This document shows positions 1-7,907 of a stretch of 20,000 nucleotides of DNA, in pieces. The notes under the pieces were generated by a model. That model was given only the letters and a program-made list of their open reading frames with translations, did not search any database and had not been told where the DNA came from. Position 1 is the stretch's first letter; each line of letters begins with the position of its first letter. The position numbers and the translations under genes were made by a program. Location: the IMG/VR virus record IMGVR_UViG_3300021961_000087; one strand, written 5' to 3'. The stretch comes from an uncultured virus (IMG/VR IMGVR_UViG_3300021961_000087). Lineage: Duplodnaviria; Heunggongvirae; Uroviricota; Caudoviricetes; Crassvirales.

Positions 1-99
1 CTTGAGGTCCTTGGTCTCCTTCGCCCACTTTCGGCAATCCCACTTGGGGTTCGCCTGCGCGTAGCACGCTTTCATCTGTTGCTTGTTTTTGAATGGCAT
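1..99 (-). CDS. Putative nested small basic protein in the +1 frame of the large ejection gene (MPFKNKQQMKACYAQANPKWDCRKWAKETKDLK..., truncated by window edge)
   Basis: ATG at 99..97 preceded by A-rich AAAGAAGCAAAAGATT with A at -3. There are 33 open codons to the edge. The peptide resembles small Lys-rich phage proteins starting MPFK (from memory, not searched), and local GC is raised relative to the surrounding gene. Confidence 0.55.
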   Translation of the reverse strand, partial: MPFKNKQQMKACYAQANPKWDCRKWAKETKDLK

Positions 100-2689
100 A
101 ATCTTTTGCTTCTTTACCGGTTAATGTATATCTGTACCCATCGTTAACTACCATAGATGTTTTTTTACCTATCGGTAGTCCAAATATTTTTTCTCTAACT
201 TCTATCTGCATACCCTCTTTCTTCACAGCCCTGTCTCTGAATTGCTCAGGAACTTCGTCTAATGAATTAACGCTAAACGAAATCTGCTCGTCATCTTTCA
301 ATGAAGATATAGCATCAGGCATTTCTGTAACATCCGTAGCGGTTTCTGATATTTTATTTAACTCACTATCAATCTGTGAAATCCTGTCTTTTTGTTTCTT
401 AACTAATGCAGGGTCTTTACCAATGATTTGATTCTCTAAATCTTTCTTTTCCTTCAAAAGATTCATAGCATTTTTCTTGCCTTCTAAATTCAAACCTTCG
501 GGCATAGACTTAAATAAACCAACAGAGTTTCTGTAGTTATTCAAAGTTTCTTTTGCTTGGTCTATTGTGATTTCACCTTGATTGACCTGATTTTTTAACT
601 TGGTAACAAATGCTTTTTGAATGTTTTCATCATTTGCTGCAGACTCAAATGTCTTGAATGTAGCATCATCCATATTCAAGAATCCCTTCTTAGTATAGGC
701 TGCACTTACCGCAGTTGGCATCCCCATAATGAAACCACCTACTGCTTCTTGCGCTCCTGCTTTAGCTACTTCTTTAACCCATTCGGCAGTAAATGTCTTT
801 GGGTTGTCAAACATCTTCGTGCCTTTTGCTGCATTGTAAATATCCTTGATAGCAAACTCAGCCGCTTGTTGTGTTGCTCCTGTCTCAGCCTCCGCTAGAC
901 CTGCTGCAGTCAAAGTAAGCGCACCTTTAGCAACCATACTCTCAACCTCATTCTGAACAAGTTCTTTAAATGTACGAGCAGTAGTTGTAGCGCCTGCTTT
1001 ACCAAGTGCTTTTAACGCTAAATCGTTTAATAATCCTTTGCTTCCAACTGCATTCCTAAGACCAAACTCTTCAAGTACCGCTCCCGCTATACCAATTGGT
1101 ATCATAACAGCAGCTTTTTCATTCTCTGACACATCTTTAAATTCAGGATTGTTGTCCATCTCTTGCTGTAATCCATCGGTAACTTGAGCGTAAAATGCTG
1201 CAGTTGTTAAGGCTCTTCCTGCCAATCCTCCTCCTATTGAAGGAGCCATTGCAGGCAATGATTTTATTAAACCGGCGTAAGCGCCTCCCCAAAACCCTTG
1301 CTCTTTTAGTCGCATCCATTCAGTAGTTGTAGTTGGGTCTCCAAGAACAACCCTGTTACCTTCTCTTACGGCAGGTAGTATATCGGCTTTAATTTGCTTC
1401 TTACCTAAATCTCTTATCTTATTTTCTATCTTATCCTTTTCTGATTGACTCAAAGAGTTCAACCATTTATCTTCAGATTGACCAATACTTGGTTCTCCTA
1501 TACCCAACTCTTTAGCGATACGCAAAGATTCTGACTTCCATTCTTTTGGAGCCATTAGCATTTCTTTTGGCAAAAGACCAACACCGATGTCTATTAATGA
1601 ACCGGTAGCACCTGCTACAACACTTGATGAGCCTTCTAGCAACCAATTCCAAGTACCACCCAACCAACTACCTTGCTGCGATTTCATATCAGCATAACGA
1701 CCAACTGCTTTATCTAAATCTTTAGATTGGCTTTCAATTTTACTTTGTCTTGATAGGAGTTGTTTTCTTTGCTCATCTAACTGTTGTTGCTTTTGCAACA
1801 CAGATTGAGACTTTGCTATATATTCAGGAGTATTTTTTAAATTTTGCGGAGTCTTTGACAACTCAGCAAACTGTGCATCTAATTGATTCTTTTGCTTTAA
1901 GAAACTACCCATCTCTTTACTAAGAGTTGTAGCATCATCGTTTACTTTTTTAATAGATTCATCTACATCTTTTTGAGTCTCAAACTTTTTATTTTCAGCA
2001 GCGTACGACCTTTCAATAGCTGAAAGACCTTTTACTTGCGCTGAGTTTTCTTTAATAAACTTCTTTAACCTTTCAGATTCAGACGTTGCTTTTGAACTAA
2101 ATAATGGGTCTAATGATATTTCAATTGTTTTACCATTAGGAGCAGTTGCTGTCATCCAATCACCTGTAGCGCCTGATTCTTGAAATTTAAAACCAAGGTC
2201 AGCAAATTGGTAGTTCATCTTAGGTACAACAAACTCTTCGTTCTTATTAATTAACTCAGGAGTAATTGTCTGTAATGATGGCTCAAGAAAGTCTAATGGT
2301 TGCTTTGCTTTTGGAGCAGGCTTAACTCCTGCTAGTGGAGTTGCCTCAAACTTCGGAAGTTGTTTTTGTGAATCCAAAAAAGAAGGAGCCGATGGTAATG
2401 CCGCAGCGCCAAACGGAGTCTGTCCTTTTTTTTTTAAATCAATGGGTCCTTGCCCGGGTTGGGTAGGTTGAGCAACAGGTTCTTCAGGCTGAGGAGTTAA
2501 ACCACCACCTGAATATTTCTGAAAAAAAGATTCTCTATCTTTTGTATACAAACCATCTCTTGAAACGACATCGAACACCTTATCTTTATAGGCTTGGTCT
2601 TGCCCCCATTTTGACTGAAACTCTTGAAAAGACTTAGTGTATTTACCTTCTCTAACCAATACATCATACAGTTTCTGTAACTCGTCCAT
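2..2689 (-). CDS. Large internal virion / DNA ejection protein (T7 gp16-like position), 3' end outside the window, at least 896 aa
   Basis: ATG at 2689 (MDELQKLYDVLVREGKYTKSF...). The segments I translated (both ends and several internal stretches) have no in-frame stop, and its absence from the ORF track fits a frame with no stop inside the window. It has coiled-coil Q/K/E stretches and Gly/Ala-rich hydrophobic segments (GFWGGAYAGLIKSLPAM..., AAVMIPIGIAGAVLEEFGL, QEAVGGFIMGMPTAVSAAY). It is the third gene after the GNAT-like gene. Function is inferred from synteny and composition. Confidence 0.8.
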   Translation of the reverse strand, partial: MDELQKLYDVLVREGKYTKSFQEFQSKWGQDQAYKDKVFDVVSRDGLYTKDRESFFQKYSGGGLTPQPEEPVAQPTQPGQGPIDLKKKGQTPFGAAALPSAPSFLDSQKQLPKFEATPLAGVKPAPKAKQPLDFLEPSLQTITPELINKNEEFVVPKMNYQFADLGFKFQESGATGDWMTATAPNGKTIEISLDPLFSSKATSESERLKKFIKENSAQVKGLSAIERSYAAENKKFETQKDVDESIKKVNDDATTLSKEMGSFLKQKNQLDAQFAELSKTPQNLKNTPEYIAKSQSVLQKQQQLDEQRKQLLSRQSKIESQSKDLDKAVGRYADMKSQQGSWLGGTWNWLLEGSSSVVAGATGSLIDIGVGLLPKEMLMAPKEWKSESLRIAKELGIGEPSIGQSEDKWLNSLSQSEKDKIENKIRDLGKKQIKADILPAVREGNRVVLGDPTTTTEWMRLKEQGFWGGAYAGLIKSLPAMAPSIGGGLAGRALTTAAFYAQVTDGLQQEMDNNPEFKDVSENEKAAVMIPIGIAGAVLEEFGLRNAVGSKGLLNDLALKALGKAGATTTARTFKELVQNEVESMVAKGALTLTAAGLAEAETGATQQAAEFAIKDIYNAAKGTKMFDNPKTFTAEWVKEVAKAGAQEAVGGFIMGMPTAVSAAYTKKGFLNMDDATFKTFESAANDENIQKAFVTKLKNQVNQGEITIDQAKETLNNYRNSVGLFKSMPEGLNLEGKKNAMNLLKEKKDLENQIIGKDPALVKKQKDRISQIDSELNKISETATDVTEMPDAISSLKDDEQISFSVNSLDEVPEQFRDRAVKKEGMQIEVREKIFGLPIGKKTSMVVNDGYRYTLTGKEAKDYAIQKQATDESVLRAGEPQVGLPKVGEGDQGPQ
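2426..2438 (-). other. Slippery tract TTT-A10 (T TTA AAA AAA AAA) within the large ejection gene
   Basis: Ten consecutive A on the coding strand (codons 85-88, LKKK) preceded by TTT. Contains in-frame X XXY YYZ heptamers. Confidence 0.5.
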
Positions 2690-2711
2690 AGTATATTTTT
2701 AATGTCGTTTA

Positions 2712-4550
2712 TTAATCTAATTCTCCTGCGCCACCTTTTATAACACCTGATTTTACAAGTGCTTTTATATTAGCGGCTCTTTGAACAGGAGTTTCACCCG
2801 AAGGATTAGCTTTAACCCATTTCTTTATTGCTTCAACGGTACCCGCTTTTGTTATATCAAAATCAGGAGATTTATTCTTTCCACTAACTACGTATACATT
2901 ATCTGTAAATGGATTATTAGAAGACTTAACAGTAACTCCTAATCCTGATAACTTAGTATTTAATGCATCTGCAGCTTCTCCTTTACTTAATCCTGCAACA
3001 TCAGCATCTGAAACAACTGTATCAATATGTCTTCCATAAATAGTCATAGGGTCTACAGCTACGGTTTTTGGTATTACATTGAAACCTGATGCTTTAGTTT
3101 TTGTTTCTAATGGATTCTTTCCTATAAGATTATTAGCAACGCTAACTATTGTCTCTTCAGGTAAAGATGTACCGAATGCAGAAATCATTGCTTTTGTTAA
3201 TTTTTTAGGGTCAGCTACTTTGCCTGCTTCTGTAAAGTTGTAAGTAGTTGGATTTTTACCATCAGTGTTTGATATAGTAATTCCTGTATCACTTCTATCA
3301 ACTATTTTACCTGATTTATTTGCTAAATATTTAATCGCATTGCCAATAGCAACAGGGTCTTTACCTGTTAATGCTGTAGCTAAATTCTCTCCAAATATTT
3401 TAGCATCTGCCTTTCTGTTTCTTTCTTCAATTTCTCCGCCCGTAGGTGCTCTACGTTCTTGTAATTGTGTTTGAGGAGTTGTTCTTACCTCTTCTTTATA
3501 ATCGTATTTAGCACGAGCTTGATTACGCATAAAATCCTGAGAAGCCTTCATTTGTTCAGGAGTAAATTTAAGTGTACCTTGACCTGTAGCAGAATCAATT
3601 ACTTCAAGAATTAAATTTGGATTTGCTTTAGCTTTGGCAGGGTCTGAAGTAATATCATACAATTTACCATTTGAAGCCATTATGTTATTATCCGTAAGAA
3701 CAGAAGCTCTACTAAATGGATTAGCAAGAGCACCATCAATCATTTGATTTTCTGCATCTATAAATTTAAACATTATCTTTTTAGTAGCAGGGTCAATATC
3801 TGTTCTGCTTGTAATATCTGAAACACTTGTTATTAATCCTGTTTTACTTAAACTTGCAACTTGAGTTTGAATAGATTTCATTTCCTCTCCCAATCCTTTT
3901 GCAAATGCATCAGTAACAGCATTAGTATCAAATTTATTCCACTCACCTAATATAAGTCCTTTAACATAATCAACGCTTGCAAGTTCTCCCGGAGCACTAT
4001 CCATTACATAAACGTCTTGCCCATCAACATTCTTTTTTGTTTTTTTAGCAATTAATACTCTTCCATCCGGAGGGTTTATATAAAATCCTGATTTAGAAAA
4101 ATCACCAAAACCTTCAACCTGTTCCATTTTTCTTAGTTCATACAAAGAAGATACACCGGTTCTTGCTCTCTCCATTTTTTTACCAAACACAGCTTGATAT
4201 TCTTTTAATGCATTAAATGCAGTATCTGTTCCATCAAGTAGATTCTGAGTTTTAATAGTATAATCTCTCAAACTTAAATCACCACTCTTTAATAATTTGT
4301 TTAGCGTCAACATATATTTTGAGCCACTATCGCCAAATTCTAAAGCCGCTTGTCTTGCGCCAACGTGTTCTCCGTCAGGTGAATTTGTAAACTTCTTCAT
4401 TCCCTCACGGAAATCTGCATCAATTACAGCTCTTTTTTGTTCACGAATACGAGTCTCCTCTTTGAGCATATCGCTCATATCTTTCCCTATCTCAGCCCAA
4501 TTTATTTGGGAGTCTGCGCTTCGTTCTGCGTATTTATAATATGTTGCCAT
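2712..4550 (-). CDS. Putative internal virion / ejection protein (T7 gp15-like position), 612 aa
   Basis: Long ORF with a helical charged N-terminus (INWAEIGKDMSDMLKEETRIREQKR), located between the small and large ejection-like genes. TAA stop. Confidence 0.65.
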   Translation of the reverse strand: MATYYKYAERSADSQINWAEIGKDMSDMLKEETRIREQKRAVIDADFREGMKKFTNSPDGEHVGARQAALEFGDSGSKYMLTLNKLLKSGDLSLRDYTIKTQNLLDGTDTAFNALKEYQAVFGKKMERARTGVSSLYELRKMEQVEGFGDFSKSGFYINPPDGRVLIAKKTKKNVDGQDVYVMDSAPGELASVDYVKGLILGEWNKFDTNAVTDAFAKGLGEEMKSIQTQVASLSKTGLITSVSDITSRTDIDPATKKIMFKFIDAENQMIDGALANPFSRASVLTDNNIMASNGKLYDITSDPAKAKANPNLILEVIDSATGQGTLKFTPEQMKASQDFMRNQARAKYDYKEEVRTTPQTQLQERRAPTGGEIEERNRKADAKIFGENLATALTGKDPVAIGNAIKYLANKSGKIVDRSDTGITISNTDGKNPTTYNFTEAGKVADPKKLTKAMISAFGTSLPEETIVSVANNLIGKNPLETKTKASGFNVIPKTVAVDPMTIYGRHIDTVVSDADVAGLSKGEAADALNTKLSGLGVTVKSSNNPFTDNVYVVSGKNKSPDFDITKAGTVEAIKKWVKANPSGETPVQRAANIKALVKSGVIKGGAGELD

Positions 4551-4565
4551 AATTTATTTTACCTT

Positions 4566-5372
4566 TTACCTGTATATATCAAAAGGATTTTGATATGTAG
4601 ATTGATTATAAAATCTAAAGTTCTTTTGTCTTTGTTGTGGACTTTGTAAAAAAAGTGGAACTGCAGGAGGTTGTGCAACAGGAGGAAGACCTGCAGGTCT
4701 AACGTTTGGATTAATACTTTGTGGAGCTTGAGTAGGAGTTATCCCAACCCTACTTGTAGTAGTAGGTATTGTTGGCTGCTTTTGTGTCGGAGTGAAATTT
4801 GTTGTATTTCCCATTGATGTTTTTGGGAAAACCAAAGGAAGCGCAGAAGCAACTTCTCCTGCCGTGCTTACAACTCCTTGCCATCCTTGTTGTTCTGCTT
4901 GTCCTGCTAATTCAGCAGCATTTGCTGCAGCTAACTGAGCACCTGCTGCTTCTTCTAAATCTAATTGAACACCAACATCACGAAGACGACTTTGCTCTTG
5001 TGCGCTTAATCTTTCAAGACCCATTAGTTCTTGACCCATTTCCCTTGCTATTTTTCGTTGACCTTCTTGTTGTGCTAATTGTACACGACCTGCCGTTGCA
5101 GCAGCACCTCTTTCGCTTTCAACACCTGCTTGGATAGCTTCAGCTCCTTGAGCAAGTAATGCTTCACGTTCTAACTCGTAAGGTTCTTTTTGAATACTTA
5201 ACTTATCATAAAAGTTTACCTCTAATTTTTTACGAGCTTCTTGCATAGCTTCGTCAGCGTCACGCTCTGCATTACGCTGTGCATCTCTTTGGTCTCCTGC
5301 TTGTAAAAACGACATAGTGGTAGAAGCTGCTGTTGCCGCTATACCCATTACTGCTGCTGTTGTGACTGCCAT
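4566..5372 (-). CDS. Putative small internal virion / ejection protein (T7 gp14-like), 268 aa
   Basis: Ala/Thr-rich hydrophobic N-terminus (MAVTTAAVMGIAATAASTTMSF), then an Ala/Gln/Glu coiled coil, a second hydrophobic patch (GVVSTAGEVASALPLVF) and a Pro/Thr/Gln-rich tail. This is typical of the first podophage ejection protein. Confidence 0.65.
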   Translation of the reverse strand: MAVTTAAVMGIAATAASTTMSFLQAGDQRDAQRNAERDADEAMQEARKKLEVNFYDKLSIQKEPYELEREALLAQGAEAIQAGVESERGAAATAGRVQLAQQEGQRKIAREMGQELMGLERLSAQEQSRLRDVGVQLDLEEAAGAQLAAANAAELAGQAEQQGWQGVVSTAGEVASALPLVFPKTSMGNTTNFTPTQKQPTIPTTTSRVGITPTQAPQSINPNVRPAGLPPVAQPPAVPLFLQSPQQRQKNFRFYNQSTYQNPFDIYR

Positions 5373-5373
5373 A

Positions 5374-5784
5374 TTATAAAATTTTTATCATTTCACCTGT
5401 ATAAGAATCGCCCTTGATATATCCAAGTTCTTCGTACATTCCTATTAGGCTTTCATTTTTAATTAATGCGTAACTATATTTGCTTCCCGTATTCTTGCAT
5501 ATATCCGTCAGGGCTGACACCAATAACTTAATGGCGTCTTTTCTTTGTGGCTTCTTGGTATATTCTTTGTTTGATATTATCCAATCTACCCACGCTACTT
5601 TGGAATTAGTGAGATACATAAACCCGGCACAAACAGGAGTCTCATCATCATAAACAATGATACCACCTTTACCGTTGTTAGGTAGGAAGTCTCTTTGCGG
5701 AGCCGTCCATCCCCACTGACTCCACCAACCTACGAGTATTTCATCGTAATCAGTATCGTTCAGTTCTCGTATAAATAGTTCCAT
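5374..5784 (-). CDS. GNAT-fold acetyltransferase-like protein, 136 aa
   Basis: GNAT-like pattern: IRELNDTDY start, GIIVYDDETPVCAGFMY beta strands, AWVDWIISN, and C-terminal N-x-S-LIGMYEELGY resembling GNAT motif B. It sits between tail and ejection genes, like T7 gp13-type genes. Confidence 0.7.
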   Translation of the reverse strand: MELFIRELNDTDYDEILVGWWSQWGWTAPQRDFLPNNGKGGIIVYDDETPVCAGFMYLTNSKVAWVDWIISNKEYTKKPQRKDAIKLLVSALTDICKNTGSKYSYALIKNESLIGMYEELGYIKGDSYTGEMIKIL

Positions 5785-5791
5785 AGCCTTA

Positions 5792-5799
5792 CAAAGATA
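5792..5799 (-). promoter_or_regulatory. Bacteroidota-type -7 promoter element (TATCTTTG) upstream of the GNAT/ejection genes
   Basis: TAnnTTTG match in the 21-nt intergenic gap, 7 nt upstream of ATG 5784. Confidence 0.7.
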
Positions 5800-5805
5800 T
5801 TAAAT

Positions 5806-6609
5806 TTAAGGAAAACTTTTCATAACCTCTGACTGTACCGCAAACAATTCTATTTTAGTGTTAGACGTGTTTTCTATATTAAATGTACAATAGTGTCCTA
5901 ATACCCCGTGTGACTCAGCTACTGAGTTCTTAACATACAAGAAAAACGCATCTTGGATAGGTATAGGAGTAGTCCCCGGTATTGTGGTATCAATCGTTAA
6001 TTGGTTTGTTCCATTAGGTAAATCTACTGTAATAGCTGTTACCTTACCACATAATACAGGAGTAGTATAAGGAGGTACTGAGAAGTACAATAGGTCACCA
6101 ATACTTATAATACTGCCTATAGAAACATTAACTACGAACTTAACAATGTTGCCACCGGTAACTTGATAGCTTCTGCCTATACCATTGACACTTCTAAGAG
6201 CAAACTCTCCTACTGAATTATTGCGAACAAACGCAAAGTATGCAGCCTCTTTCTTCTCAAACCAAGACTCTTGTATAAATCCTGAGTATTGTAAGTCGGT
6301 TTCTAAGGTTACTCCCCACTTTGCATCCCCCTGTAAGTTGATTGTTTTAAATAACTTGTTCTCAAGGGGAGCCGTATTAAATACACTTTGAAGAGTAGTT
6401 GGCGTAAAGGCTCCTGTTGGGTCAGCAATCTTTACCCACCAAGGACTATAGAATGTATTTCTTTCTGCATTTACATTATGACGATAAAGGTCTCCACCCT
6501 TAAACGTATAGAAATAGTTATTCATTCCTATCATCCAATCAGGGTAATAAGAGTAGAAGGATACCCATCCTCCAACCATATCGCTATACGATAATGTATA
6601 ATTTGCCAT
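5806..6609 (-). CDS. Tail protein resembling the C-terminal part of podophage stabilization/nozzle proteins, 267 aa
   Basis: Starts YTLSYSDMVGGWVSFYSYYPDWMIGMNNYFYTFKGGDLYRH (propeller-blade-like), contains KLFKTINLQG and ends GHYCTFNIENTSNTKIELFAVQSEVMKS. I recognise these motifs from the C-termini of Bacteroidota phage stabilization proteins. Confidence 0.65.
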   Translation of the reverse strand: MANYTLSYSDMVGGWVSFYSYYPDWMIGMNNYFYTFKGGDLYRHNVNAERNTFYSPWWVKIADPTGAFTPTTLQSVFNTAPLENKLFKTINLQGDAKWGVTLETDLQYSGFIQESWFEKKEAAYFAFVRNNSVGEFALRSVNGIGRSYQVTGGNIVKFVVNVSIGSIISIGDLLYFSVPPYTTPVLCGKVTAITVDLPNGTNQLTIDTTIPGTTPIPIQDAFFLYVKNSVAESHGVLGHYCTFNIENTSNTKIELFAVQSEVMKSFP

Positions 6610-6620
6610 AGTTATCTATT

Positions 6621-7898
6621 TTATATACAAGCAGTATCACATACTGCAAATGTATCTAAGTTTAATGTTGTTCCTAAATCACCTGATACTACAGTATAAA
6701 TTGTAGTGAATATGCTTGCGCCTCCTGTTGAAGAACAATCGGAGTCAACGTTTATTCCTGTAGAATATGCATTTGCATACGTTCCTCCTCCACCGGTACA
6801 TTGGTCGCAAGTAACTTGAACATTGATGGTATCACCTGCATATACAGTATATGTTCCACTTGAGGTAACGGTTCTACTTTCAACAATGGAGCCATTAACG
6901 TATAAGTCCATAGTTCCTACCGAACCACCTGCTTCTGTAAATGACCAAGCTAATGATGCTGATGTTGGAGCACAAACTCCTAAAGCCACCACTACTCCTG
7001 CTGAACTTACTTGAAACCAATCATTACCACCGGTTATAGAGCCTGATGCTCTATAAAATCCTGCCGTTAATGGTGTTTGTCCATAAGCATCAGCGAACAC
7101 TAAGTCGTATAAACCAACTGTTCCCGGAGTATTAGCCAATGAAGCATTGTAATAAGTTACTGTTTCAGATAGTGCACACGCAGCTACTGATGATACAGCA
7201 CTAACGCTTGAACTAAATCCTGTAAGTAATACAGGGCAAGCAACTGACATCTGCCAAGCTGTTCCGCTACAAGGACCAACCACCTCAAAGTTTATAATTG
7301 AAGGAGAAGGTGTAAGTTTTGGTATAACCATCATTGTGCTACCCGGAGCAGAAACGCCTAATGACACATCTCCCGGTGCAACAGTAACGCTTTGCGTATT
7401 TCCTGTAGCAACAAATGTTGTTCCATTATAAATAAACTCTGTTAATGCGGGGTAAGTTGTTCCTGAGATTCCGCAGTCAGCACCTGTCTGACCAACGTAA
7501 GTTAATGCTCCTGCATTGCTGCTTTGATGTAGACCATCTACAGGTGAAACAAGTTTATTATAAACACTTGCTCCAAGTGTGCCTCTTATGCCATCAGGGA
7601 CCCCATACGGGTCAAATCTTACAATAACGGCACCTACATCAGCCACAGTAGTACCCGTCTCTAAATCAAGCAGATAAATACCTTGCCCGCCACTTGCGTT
7701 AATTGTCTCACCACAAGGCGTAGCGCAAGAAGGACAAGACTGTTGTGGAAGCAATGCTCCACTAACCTGCTCTCTTGATATTACGCCATCCGAATAGAAT
7801 CCATCAGCCGCAAGCGTAGTTAAAGCCGCATTTGAGAATACGGCTGTAGCTGATGCAAGTGATGGACCGTTTAAATAATATGTTGAACTTATTGCCAT
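6621..7898 (-). CDS. Cys/Thr/Ser/Gly-rich beta-structured virion surface protein (putative tail appendage / adhesin), 425 aa
   Basis: Low-charge, beta-rich composition with many Cys, two copies of a TYY..A.L...(V)F.D/N......L.A(D)GFY module and a C-terminal Ig-like-looking segment. It lies within the tail cluster. Confidence 0.6.
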   Translation of the reverse strand: MAISSTYYLNGPSLASATAVFSNAALTTLAADGFYSDGVISREQVSGALLPQQSCPSCATPCGETINASGGQGIYLLDLETGTTVADVGAVIVRFDPYGVPDGIRGTLGASVYNKLVSPVDGLHQSSNAGALTYVGQTGADCGISGTTYPALTEFIYNGTTFVATGNTQSVTVAPGDVSLGVSAPGSTMMVIPKLTPSPSIINFEVVGPCSGTAWQMSVACPVLLTGFSSSVSAVSSVAACALSETVTYYNASLANTPGTVGLYDLVFADAYGQTPLTAGFYRASGSITGGNDWFQVSSAGVVVALGVCAPTSASLAWSFTEAGGSVGTMDLYVNGSIVESRTVTSSGTYTVYAGDTINVQVTCDQCTGGGGTYANAYSTGINVDSDCSSTGGASIFTTIYTVVSGDLGTTLNLDTFAVCDTACI

Positions 7899-7907
7899 AG
7901 TTTGATT

